Shown here piece by piece: positions 17,459 through 25,431 of a DNA stretch of 64,000 nucleotides. The stretch is from a virus. A model generated the notes under the pieces. That model searched no databases. It saw nothing but the letters and a program-made list of their open reading frames with translations, and was not told the origin of the DNA. Within the stretch, counting starts at the first letter, position 1, and each line of letters opens with the position of its first letter. The translations under genes were made by a program, and so were the position numbers. The stretch is from IMG/VR virus record IMGVR_UViG_3300036399_001571, positions 108,520-172,519 of that record; one strand, given 5' to 3'.

Positions 17459-17547
17459 AATGCCCCCTTGTGTAGTAGTTACGGTAAGCATAGCGTATGC
17501 GATATCAGATTTACAAAACGCCTTCCAGAGTGGTAGGCGGGGCTCTT

Positions 17548-17561
17548 CGAACACCTGTTCG
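17548..17561. promoter_or_regulatory. LexA-box-like CGAACACCTGTTCG
   Basis: Exact CGAAC-N4-GTTCG upstream of promoter 17501. Confidence 0.6.
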
Positions 17562-17616
17562 CCCTTGGTGGGCACCCGTATTCCAAATTTTTCACTTCAC
17601 CGTATTTCAACTAGAT

Positions 17617-18249
17617 TTATCTAAAGCGGCTCTTAGAGGTCTTCTTCTTGCCTTTTGCTGCCTGGTAGGCCTCCATGTCGTCTATCGGCGTCACAAGCTC
17701 TCCTATGTTCGTCCAGTCCGCCTTCTCGCCTAAGTGCATGACCGCTGTCTTGACTTCCCAGCGCATCTCAGCATCGAATGCAATGTCTAATAGTTTGATA
17801 TGCAGCTTGTTGAGGTCGTATATGGTCATCGGTGATGAGTCGCCATACCTGAAGTGTTCTCTGAGTGCTGCAGATAGCTCTGCGTAGTTTCCGTCAACAT
17901 GAATGATGTCTTCAGGCTTTGTGATGTTTGTAGCTATGTAGCCATATGGCTCTTCCATCAAATTGAGAAACGTCCGCATGAGTTCTCTCATTTTTTGAGT
18001 CCCAAAACCGGCTTCTTCTAACTGTCCAAGGAGTAGAACAATGAAGCATCCTTCATAGGTGAAGCTTCTGTCATAGCCTGAGACACCTGTCTGTATGTAG
18101 GCGGGGGGGATAAACCCTTCTTTAATCCAGTTATCGAAAGTCTTGTACTGAGTTTCGGTGTAAAAGGAGAGCTCTTGCAGTGTGAGTGTAAGAGTTTGTT
18201 TCTTTTGTAGATGGAGAGCTTTGATTCTCTCTGTGTCCATAAGTGCCAT
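17617..18249 (-). CDS. MerR-like winged-HTH regulator
   Basis: LQELS..T.TQYKTFDNWIKEGFIPP...G..RSFT...LLLGQLEEAGFGTQKM follows the MerR N-terminal pattern. Confidence 0.65.
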   Translation of the reverse strand: MALMDTERIKALHLQKKQTLTLTLQELSFYTETQYKTFDNWIKEGFIPPAYIQTGVSGYDRSFTYEGCFIVLLLGQLEEAGFGTQKMRELMRTFLNLMEEPYGYIATNITKPEDIIHVDGNYAELSAALREHFRYGDSSPMTIYDLNKLHIKLLDIAFDAEMRWEVKTAVMHLGEKADWTNIGELVTPIDDMEAYQAAKGKKKTSKSRFR

Positions 18250-18446
18250 TGTGTTGTTCCTCTAGGTGTAAATATAACAGAAGACGTGGCAAACCAGGAT
18301 AAATTTAACTGAAAGTTGGCGCGCCGTTTTTCTCAGTTTCGTTATGCGTGGTAGCTACAAAATATATAACAGCTTGCTATTGCTGTTTAAATTTATCCAA
18401 TAGAGGGCCAAAAATAAAAAAATCGCGGGGAAACCCGTCGCCTAGA

Positions 18447-18836
18447 TTACAAGTCCCCGCCGTTTCGTTTTAATTTATCCAGAACTCTGAACTCAGCAAG
18501 CGATTTTGACTTGTATCCATTTGCTGTCATTCTGGCGTTCATGGCGTCGTGTTCTTGTTTCTTTCTTGTTTGTCCTGTGAGCTGGAGAACGTGCTGTCCA
18601 TAGAGCGTGATTCTGTATTTCTCTTGTCCTTTTGACCCTGTCTCTTCCAGACAGCCGCTTCTTGCCAGATGCTTGAAAGACTCCTCAACATGATTGATGT
18701 AGTCCTTCCTGTTGAGTTGGAAGCTCCGGTAATCAGCACGAGTGAACCAGCCTTTTTTCATCTTTGCATAACACATGACAACATAGGCCTGGCTGCCCTG
18801 TTTGATTGGCTTTCTATTTGGGATTTGATTTGTCAT
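18447..18836 (-). CDS. hypothetical protein, possible winged helix (129 aa)
   Basis: L...G.LE.......YRIT.YG wing-like pattern. Confidence 0.55.
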   Translation of the reverse strand: MTNQIPNRKPIKQGSQAYVVMCYAKMKKGWFTRADYRSFQLNRKDYINHVEESFKHLARSGCLEETGSKGQEKYRITLYGQHVLQLTGQTRKKQEHDAMNARMTANGYKSKSLAEFRVLDKLKRNGGDL

Positions 18837-18838
18837 AT

Positions 18839-19150
18839 TTAGTCTTTTTTGGTTCCTTGCCAGCTCAGTGAGTTGATGATTCTCGACTCCTCATGCAGTG
18901 CCATTGCGTACTCCCCAATGACGGTGCCCGTAGAATCGTCCACAATCGCATTGTGGAGCCTTGTAGCGAGCCCTTTCCATAGTTCTATTAGTTCTGCCGC
19001 ATTTGTGGCGTCATCATGCATTACGCACTTGCTCACAGGGTTTCGTATCTTCTCCAAAAACTCTGGGTAATCAACTTTTGCCTTTGGTTTTACCTTTTTT
19101 GCCATTCCGATTGACTTTCCGGTGGCTGTAACTACTTTTGGTTCCGTCAT
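18839..19150 (-). CDS. hypothetical protein (103 aa)
   Basis: In-operon ORF. Confidence 0.6.
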   Translation of the reverse strand: MTEPKVVTATGKSIGMAKKVKPKAKVDYPEFLEKIRNPVSKCVMHDDATNAAELIELWKGLATRLHNAIVDDSTGTVIGEYAMALHEESRIINSLSWQGTKKD

Positions 19151-19197
19151 GGACCAGAGCGTATCTATTTTTTGGTTTTTAACAACCTAAATTTGAA

Positions 19198-20043
19198 TTA
19201 ATCATACTTTGAGCCAGATTTCCGGTGCGCCCATAGGCCGTGGAAAAAGCGTTGTTCAGGCCTGAATCCGCCAAGTACGGCGTGTGCCATGAGGAACAGG
19301 TCAACAACGATTACATCGCCCTCATTCCACTCGTGAACCTGTCGAATATCCTCGTTGTTGTGTATTTGTTTTGTAAAGAACAATGACAACTCAAGAAATC
19401 GTGCATCTTCGTAATCTGAAGGCCGCCTTCCATCAAAGCTGTGCAAGTAATAGGTCTCTCTATCGTATTTAAAAAGGGCGCTGAGTCTTAGGGCGTTTCT
19501 GCCAGACGGTTCGTACATCTCAACGGCATCATGGAGTGCCGGAATCTGTTGGCGCCCTGGCTCATCGAGCGCCCAACCGTAAAACGCTGCCACTTTGCAT
19601 TTTTTGAGAAAATCGGCATCTTCTTCACTGAGCATGTCGTATACATCAGAGATGTTCACAAACAAGGTATTCCCAACACCGGTTTCGCACTTGAACTTCT
19701 CCATATTCCAAGTCGCCCCGACTGCAGGGTTGTGGTGACCCATATGCTCAAGGTGCCAGGACAAAAGTATTTCATCTTTTTTAATGTTGTGCCTGTTGTG
19801 CATATTCATTGAGTGTGAGTGGTTTTCTTCATATGACCAAATTTGCTCACCAAATTCTGACGAGTTTGGATACCAGCCCATTCTGTCGCCGAATATCTTT
19901 GTTAAAAGCAGCTGTTCGGAGCGAGAGATACTAGTGCCACGAAAAACAATCAGTGCGTTCCTCTTGAAAGCATCTACGTAGCCATCAATGTTCTGAATGA
20001 TTGACTCAAATGAATCAACAATGACTGGTTCAACAATTTTCAT
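19198..20043 (-). CDS. TauD/TfdA-family 2OG-Fe(II) dioxygenase
   Basis: LIVFRG, WHLEH, GNTLFVN, HEWNEGDVIVVD...H motifs. Confidence 0.8.
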   Translation of the reverse strand: MKIVEPVIVDSFESIIQNIDGYVDAFKRNALIVFRGTSISRSEQLLLTKIFGDRMGWYPNSSEFGEQIWSYEENHSHSMNMHNRHNIKKDEILLSWHLEHMGHHNPAVGATWNMEKFKCETGVGNTLFVNISDVYDMLSEEDADFLKKCKVAAFYGWALDEPGRQQIPALHDAVEMYEPSGRNALRLSALFKYDRETYYLHSFDGRRPSDYEDARFLELSLFFTKQIHNNEDIRQVHEWNEGDVIVVDLFLMAHAVLGGFRPEQRFFHGLWAHRKSGSKYD

Positions 20044-20072
20044 ACTCGCAATAATCCTATTCCTTCTGTCAG

Positions 20073-21080
20073 CTACAACGATTCAACCAAATTCTTAGCC
20101 CAGTGCCAATGAGCATGTGAGCCAAAGTGACCCATGGGTCTGTTGTCCTCAAAATGAAGGGTTGACTTCTTTAATCTATCCAGTTCGACCTCTTCGATAA
20201 TCAGGTCAAACTTTCTATGCTTCTTGGGTACCAAATATCTGTCATAACCATAATTGAAGCATCCATTAGACCTGTTTTTTAGGTCAACACAGCACTCCCC
20301 CGACCACATGTTATGTGAGTAATTTCCAAGGATTTCATTTGTCTCATAATCGACATAGGGGTTATACAGCTGAAGATAGTTCACTGTGTATTTGTTCTTT
20401 ACGTAAGATTTAAAGTTCTCTAAAAATTTGTACTCTAAATACTCACTTGTGTCTGTCCACATTTGCCAGCGCAGCACAATGTCGTTCGCCGCACACATTG
20501 CCTCCAACTCGCTCAGCGCTACTACCGACTGTGTCGATGCTTGTTCATTCGTGTAGGAGTTGTCGGTCATTCCCACATGGGTATGGCCATCGACTATCTC
20601 ACCAGATTCCGTCGTATGTTGGTATCTGGTAATTTCTGGGAAATTGCAGAGAACTATTTCAGGGGCACCGTAGGTTCGGATGTATGTGGCCAGCATCCTT
20701 ACCTGAAGGGCAATTGACGAACCAGGTTTTCCGAGGTTCACCACGTCGTCAATTCCAGTTAATTCTCCAACCACCGAAGGCCATATGAAGTTTTCCGGGA
20801 CACCAACACCGAGAGTGTGCGAACATCCAAGGGCTATAATCCCCGTATCTTCATGAAAATCTTTTGACCTAAAATTGTTTATGTTAAAAGAGTAACTAAG
20901 AAGTTCCGGAGAAGCATATTCGCTCTTTAGGTTTGATGTATACGATGTATACGGAGAATAGCATTTCTCAAAAGATACGTGTTTGAACCCGGCACTCTCC
21001 CATGTCATTAACGGCTGTGGCGGTTCATGTTCTGCTTTGCTATTTATCATCATAGTGAGTCGACTAGGTTTTTTGCCCAA
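20073..21080 (-). CDS. SGNH/GDSL-hydrolase-like protein, paralog A
   Basis: ALGCSHTLGVG..., NLGKPGSS; C-terminal HFGSHAH. Confidence 0.6.
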   Translation of the reverse strand: MGKKPSRLTMMINSKAEHEPPQPLMTWESAGFKHVSFEKCYSPYTSYTSNLKSEYASPELLSYSFNINNFRSKDFHEDTGIIALGCSHTLGVGVPENFIWPSVVGELTGIDDVVNLGKPGSSIALQVRMLATYIRTYGAPEIVLCNFPEITRYQHTTESGEIVDGHTHVGMTDNSYTNEQASTQSVVALSELEAMCAANDIVLRWQMWTDTSEYLEYKFLENFKSYVKNKYTVNYLQLYNPYVDYETNEILGNYSHNMWSGECCVDLKNRSNGCFNYGYDRYLVPKKHRKFDLIIEEVELDRLKKSTLHFEDNRPMGHFGSHAHWHWAKNLVESL

Positions 21081-22075
21081 TGAAAATGGGCATGCGAGCC
21101 AAAATGAGCCACTGGTATAGTGCCCCTAGTATTCAAGGTCGATTTTTTTAATTTCTCTAGTTCATTTTTTTCAATAATTAAGTCGTGTTTTTGGTATTTT
21201 TTAGGGACCGAATACCTATCGTAACCATAATTGAAGCATCCGTTTGACCTCTTTCTCAAGTCACTACAGCACTCTTCTGGCCATGAATCATGCGAGTAAT
21301 CTCCGCAAATTTCATTTGTCTCGTAGTCAGTATACAAGTTGTGCATATGGAGATAATTTGCGGTGTACTTATTCTTTACGTAGGAGGTAAAGTTATTCAA
21401 CAATTTATCTTCAAAATTTTCACCTGTGCCCGCCCACATTTGCCAGCGGAGTAAAATCCCGTTTGCATTACAGATTGCTTCTAAATCTCCAAGCGCCAAT
21501 ATGGATTGTGTCGATGCTTGCTCATTCGTATAAGAATTATCTGCCATACCCATGTAGGTGTTACCATCAACTATTTCTCCAGATTCGGTTATATGTTGAT
21601 ACCTGACAATTTCTGGGAAATTGCAAAGAACCATTTTGGGAGCACCATAGGTTCTGACGTAAGTGGCCAACATTCTTACCTGAAGGGCAATTGACGAACC
21701 AGGTTTTCCGAGGTTCACCACGTCGTCAATTCCAGTTAGTTCTTTAACAAACGATGGCCATATGAGGTTTTCTGGAACACCGACTCCGAATGTGTGCGAA
21801 CACCCAAGTGTCACCGTGTTTGTGTTTTCATGGAAGTCTTTTGACCTAAAATTATGTATATTAAAAGAGTAACTAAGCAGTTCTGGCGACGCATATTCAG
21901 ACTGGAAGTTTAACGTATAAGAGGTGCGCGGTGAGTCACGCTCCTCAAATGAAATATGCTTGAAACCGATGGTGTCCCATTTCGGTGAAGAAAATGGAGC
22001 GTTTTTGTCAAAATGCGATGGTTTCAATGGCGCACTAGACACCAAATTTTTTTTGTACTCCTGCCATGGGCTCAT
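21050..22075 (-). CDS. SGNH/GDSL-hydrolase-like protein, paralog B
   Basis: TLGCSHTFGVG..., NLGKPGSS; highly similar to paralog A. Confidence 0.6.
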   Translation of the reverse strand: MSPWQEYKKNLVSSAPLKPSHFDKNAPFSSPKWDTIGFKHISFEERDSPRTSYTLNFQSEYASPELLSYSFNIHNFRSKDFHENTNTVTLGCSHTFGVGVPENLIWPSFVKELTGIDDVVNLGKPGSSIALQVRMLATYVRTYGAPKMVLCNFPEIVRYQHITESGEIVDGNTYMGMADNSYTNEQASTQSILALGDLEAICNANGILLRWQMWAGTGENFEDKLLNNFTSYVKNKYTANYLHMHNLYTDYETNEICGDYSHDSWPEECCSDLRKRSNGCFNYGYDRYSVPKKYQKHDLIIEKNELEKLKKSTLNTRGTIPVAHFGSHAHFHWAKNLVDSL

Positions 22076-22173
22076 GATGCTCTTTAGTATGTGAATCTGG
22101 ATTTTTTTCCAAATGCACGTCTCCAGAGAATCCGGATTATTTTACGGAATTTTCTAACTTTCATACCGCTATC

Positions 22174-23607
22174 CTACATGCAGATATTTATAGTGGAATG
22201 TAACGAATTCCACTTTTTGATGTCTTCCACATCGTTTAGTAACGGCTGACCCTTTATATTTAGGCTTGTATTGAGAAGAACTGGAATGCCTGAGTATTTC
22301 TTCCATTTTTTTAGCAGCTCGTATAAACCAGGATGCTGTTCCTTGTTGACGGTTTGAACCCGTGATGTTCCGTCCTTATGGACAACCGATGGGATTAGCT
22401 CTGGTTTCTTGCATTTAAATGCGTACTGCATATACGGGCTTGGCTGACTCATTTCAAACCACTCCGATGCATGTTCCTCCATAATCACGGGGGCAAACGG
22501 GCGAAACAGTTCCCTTTCTTTTACGGTATTAACCAAGTCTTTGCACGAAGGGTCTCTTGGGTCGGCAAGAATGCTCCTGTTTCCTAGCGCACGTGGGCCA
22601 TACTCGGCTCTTCCATTTGCGACTGCCGCAATCTTGTTGTTCACAAGCTGACTGAATATTGAATCAACCGGGTATTCTCCGGGGACTGTTTCCCCAAGAT
22701 AGGGGCTCTTCCAATCAAGGTGTTTGCCGTATATTGCGGCCGCCGCACCAAGACTGCTTCCGGCATCACCTGGATTTGGCATTATCCATACCTGATTGTA
22801 GATATCGAATAATTTCGTATTTGCCGAGCAGTTGAGTGCGCACCCACCCATGAATACCAAATTCTCTTTGCCTGTTTTTTTCTTTGCGAAGACCATGAAT
22901 TCAATTAGTCTTTTTTCGTAGACGGCCTGAACGGCTGCTGCGATATGAAATTTATTCTGCTCTGTAGGAACTACAGAGAATCCCCCAACCCCGTAATGGA
23001 ATATTTCTGTCTGCTCTTCGATTGTTGGGAATAACTCATTGATTTCAGAGAAGTAAATCTCGGGGTCCCCATATGCGGCCATTCCCATCATTATGTACTC
23101 TTCTTCATTGGGTTTTAGTCCTATGTATTCAGTAAAGGCCGAGTAGAACAGGCCGAAGCTAAATGGGTAATTTCTGGAGTAAACCTTTTTAATTGTTTTT
23201 CCATTCCCCGACCAGATACTGGTTGTTTCAAATTCCCCAATGGCATCAAGAACGACAATCACGGCATCTTCAAACGGGCTTGTGTAATACCCGGCACAAG
23301 CATGGGAGTAATGGTGTTTAAAGTTGGTAATTTTCGAGTCGGGGAAGTATTTTTTTACAGCAGAATAAGAAGAACCGTAGCCACCAAACAGATTCATTCG
23401 CAATTTCTTTAGCCGTGGCTTTTCGTAGTATCCGATTGCGTCTGGCTTGCCGTACTTAAACGCCTCTTTTACTATCTCGTCGTTTAAGTGCCAATCATTT
23501 TTTATTTTGCTATATCTCTCAGAGTGTGAAGCAAAAAGAATCTCACCATTCTCGATAACGGAAATTGATGCATCGTGAGAGCAGGCGTTCACGCCAAATA
23601 TAATCAC
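22174..23607 (-). CDS. carbamoyltransferase (NodU/CmcH family)
   Basis: HDAS, ERYSK.K, HHYSHA, GGCALNC, EYGPRALGNRSILADP, FRPFAP, LLNTSLN motifs. Confidence 0.93.
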   Translation of the reverse strand: MIIFGVNACSHDASISVIENGEILFASHSERYSKIKNDWHLNDEIVKEAFKYGKPDAIGYYEKPRLKKLRMNLFGGYGSSYSAVKKYFPDSKITNFKHHYSHACAGYYTSPFEDAVIVVLDAIGEFETTSIWSGNGKTIKKVYSRNYPFSFGLFYSAFTEYIGLKPNEEEYIMMGMAAYGDPEIYFSEINELFPTIEEQTEIFHYGVGGFSVVPTEQNKFHIAAAVQAVYEKRLIEFMVFAKKKTGKENLVFMGGCALNCSANTKLFDIYNQVWIMPNPGDAGSSLGAAAAIYGKHLDWKSPYLGETVPGEYPVDSIFSQLVNNKIAAVANGRAEYGPRALGNRSILADPRDPSCKDLVNTVKERELFRPFAPVIMEEHASEWFEMSQPSPYMQYAFKCKKPELIPSVVHKDGTSRVQTVNKEQHPGLYELLKKWKKYSGIPVLLNTSLNIKGQPLLNDVEDIKKWNSLHSTINICM

Positions 23608-24014
23608 TGGTTATCAGTATTTATTCCGACGACCGAGTACTTTCCGTGGCGCAGTGTCTCTGCGGCATACTCTGGGTTGAGGGTTTTTCGCCATCCGCCG
23701 ATTGATTTCATGAGGACTCCAGGTCCACCGGTGGCACTGCACGTTTTAGATGCAATATCTTCGTATTTGGAGATGATATTACCGATTTGTATCAGGGTGT
23801 GCTTGTCATCCATGTTTGATGGCTTTATGTAGAAGCGAAGGCCGCCAAACTTTTCCTTGACTTGGTAAATCTGGTAGTTCGGGTCCACTCTGGTCAGTTC
23901 TTTGTCGCAATCCAGGACAAGCTGATACCAGCCTTCATCGACGTCTATCGATTTCCAGTATTCAGGAACTATCTTCTTCTTGAGCTCCTCTATCTGTAGT
24001 TGCAGCTCATTCAT
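23604..24014 (-). CDS. conserved phage hypothetical protein (136 aa)
   Basis: GWYQL...QVKEKFGGLRFY pattern. Confidence 0.7.
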   Translation of the reverse strand: MNELQLQIEELKKKIVPEYWKSIDVDEGWYQLVLDCDKELTRVDPNYQIYQVKEKFGGLRFYIKPSNMDDKHTLIQIGNIISKYEDIASKTCSATGGPGVLMKSIGGWRKTLNPEYAAETLRHGKYSVVGINTDNQ

Positions 24015-24041
24015 TTCTTCTCCTTTTTTGATTTATCCTAG

Positions 24042-24114
<73 letters not shown>

Positions 24115-24119
24115 TTTTC

Positions 24120-24341
24120 TTATCTGATTGCCTGCCACCAAGCATCTTCTTCGTCAGCGGAATAATTATTTTTTATTCTCTCGCGGACCCTGTCATACAA
24201 CCCATCCTTGATGTCCTCGTAGACTTCTGTTGCAATCTGCACATCACCAAGGTCCATGGCGAGCATCTCTGCTGTTTGTTGCCAGTCAGTAGCAATCTTT
24301 TTCCAGTTCTTTATCTCTGCAACCATGTCTTGCATATACAC
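24120..24341 (-). CDS. hypothetical protein (73 aa)
   Basis: GAAAGGG RBS; lies between two tRNA genes. Confidence 0.65.
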   Translation of the reverse strand: MYMQDMVAEIKNWKKIATDWQQTAEMLAMDLGDVQIATEVYEDIKDGLYDRVRERIKNNYSADEEDAWWQAIR

Positions 24342-24348
24342 CCTTTCG

Positions 24349-24423
24349 TGCCCCTGGTTGGAATTGAACCAACGTGGACCATTACGGTTTCTACACCTTA
24401 TAAGAGTGAGCCGATACAGGGGC
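24349..24423 (-). tRNA. atypical tRNA-like gene, anticodon TAT (Ile), D-arm missing
   Basis: 7 bp acceptor GCCCCTG/CAGGGGC, T-arm GTTGG-TTCAATT-CCAAC, loop CTTATAA; only ~8 nt before anticodon stem; 20 nt variable region. Confidence 0.65.
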
Positions 24424-24658
24424 GAGCATTACTCTGCCAACCTTTGTATTCGACCAGTTAGAAACATTAGTAACGAAAGCCCACCCCTACCATCTGTTTA
24501 TGCAATTTTAATTTCATTTTGCATCTTCTTCCGGTGTTTGCTTGTCTTCGGTTTCTTCTAAATCTTCGTATGTTTCGTAAACTTCAATAAGCGCATCGGT
24601 TCCATTTGTCATCCCAGGTTTTTCGAGGCTAATAAACCTGCGTACAAATTTACGCTTC

Positions 24659-24931
24659 TCATCCACGTCGTCGTGCTCTGTGGTTCGTTACGGCGGAGGC
24701 GTATTTTTCTGCATAACTTTGGTCTGTATATTCCATTCTTACAACATCATAAAGCTCATCTGCTAGGTCGCGCTCTTTTTGGTAATCGTTTCTCCAGTTG
24801 TCCCTGTCTAGGCGAAGCAAGACATTGTGGTCGCGCAGCGCTTTTATTTCATTTATAACTGTCTGCGCAAATGGACTTGGGCTCTTTCTGAGCTCTTCAA
24901 TGATGTCTATTTGGTCTTCTTCTGCTGACAC
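24659..24931 (-). CDS. coiled-coil hypothetical protein (90 aa)
   Basis: In-operon ORF. Confidence 0.6.
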   Translation of the reverse strand: MSAEEDQIDIIEELRKSPSPFAQTVINEIKALRDHNVLLRLDRDNWRNDYQKERDLADELYDVVRMEYTDQSYAEKYASAVTNHRARRRG

Positions 24932-24935
24932 TTTT

Positions 24936-25394
24936 CTATCCTTGTTCGTCGTATCTCTGGTTAATCATCATGTCTTGGACATCTTCAGGCATAAGAAGAA
25001 AACCTTTTGCCGGATTGTCCGCGCCACCAAGATTTATCTTATTAGAGCTGTTGAACCTTTCCGGGAATGCTCGTAGGTATCTTTTTAGCCTCGCTACAGA
25101 GACAACAATAAATGCTCCCTCAGGTGAAAAGATATAAACCCACCATTTAGCGGTAGTTATGTTTATGCCGCTTTTGTTCCAGACCTGAACGCCGTTAACG
25201 TCCTTGTATCCGCGTGGGTTTTGGTCTGTTTCAACAACCATCCTCCCATTGCGATACCTGTCGCTCTTCACTTCAAACGAACCGTCTGAAAGGTCGTCGA
25301 GGAATATTGACACAAGGGATTCACCTTGTTGCCCGTAGGCCAGGTCTTTTTTAAAATCAAATTTTCGTGCTGGAATATCAAACTCTGCGGCCAT
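24936..25394 (-). CDS. phage protein, possible PD-(D/E)XK nuclease fold
   Basis: DFKKDLAYGQQGE...FEVKSDR pattern. Confidence 0.55.
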   Translation of the reverse strand: MAAEFDIPARKFDFKKDLAYGQQGESLVSIFLDDLSDGSFEVKSDRYRNGRMVVETDQNPRGYKDVNGVQVWNKSGINITTAKWWVYIFSPEGAFIVVSVARLKRYLRAFPERFNSSNKINLGGADNPAKGFLLMPEDVQDMMINQRYDEQG

Positions 25395-25431
25395 TAACCA
25401 ATCATGCCAGCATTAAAACTTAATTGCAACC

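Larger units (their letters stand above)
590..17517. promoter_or_regulatory. Family of 18 conserved early promoters TTGTAA-ATCTGATATC-N8-TANNNT (18 bp spacer)
   Basis: + strand GATATCAGATTTACAAA or near variant starting at 590, 1246, 1477, 1922, 2167, 2731, 3200, 4597, 5296, 5818, 6181, 6675, 7949, 8362, 16798, 17501 (firing on minus); reversed copies at 8413 and 12170 (firing on plus). Each points at a downstream gene and has TANNNT exactly 18 nt after the -35 hexamer. Confidence 0.9.
5..17544. repeat. Dispersed AGCCCCG/CGGGGCT heptamer, often as inverted pairs
   Basis: About 40 exact copies counted by eye, e.g. pairs 5/37, 711/736, 1501/1532, 2194/2232, 2788/2824, 3227/3266, 3838/3917, 4781/4815, 5853/5884, 6217/6251; none noticed beyond 17.6 kb. 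Confidence 0.85.

Noticed and set aside
590-17517. CRISPR array or integron attC array from the recurring 17-mer
   Set aside because: Copies are 50 bp to several kb apart and separated by whole genes, behave as oriented promoters, lack attC GTTRRRY cores, and no cas or integrase gene is visible
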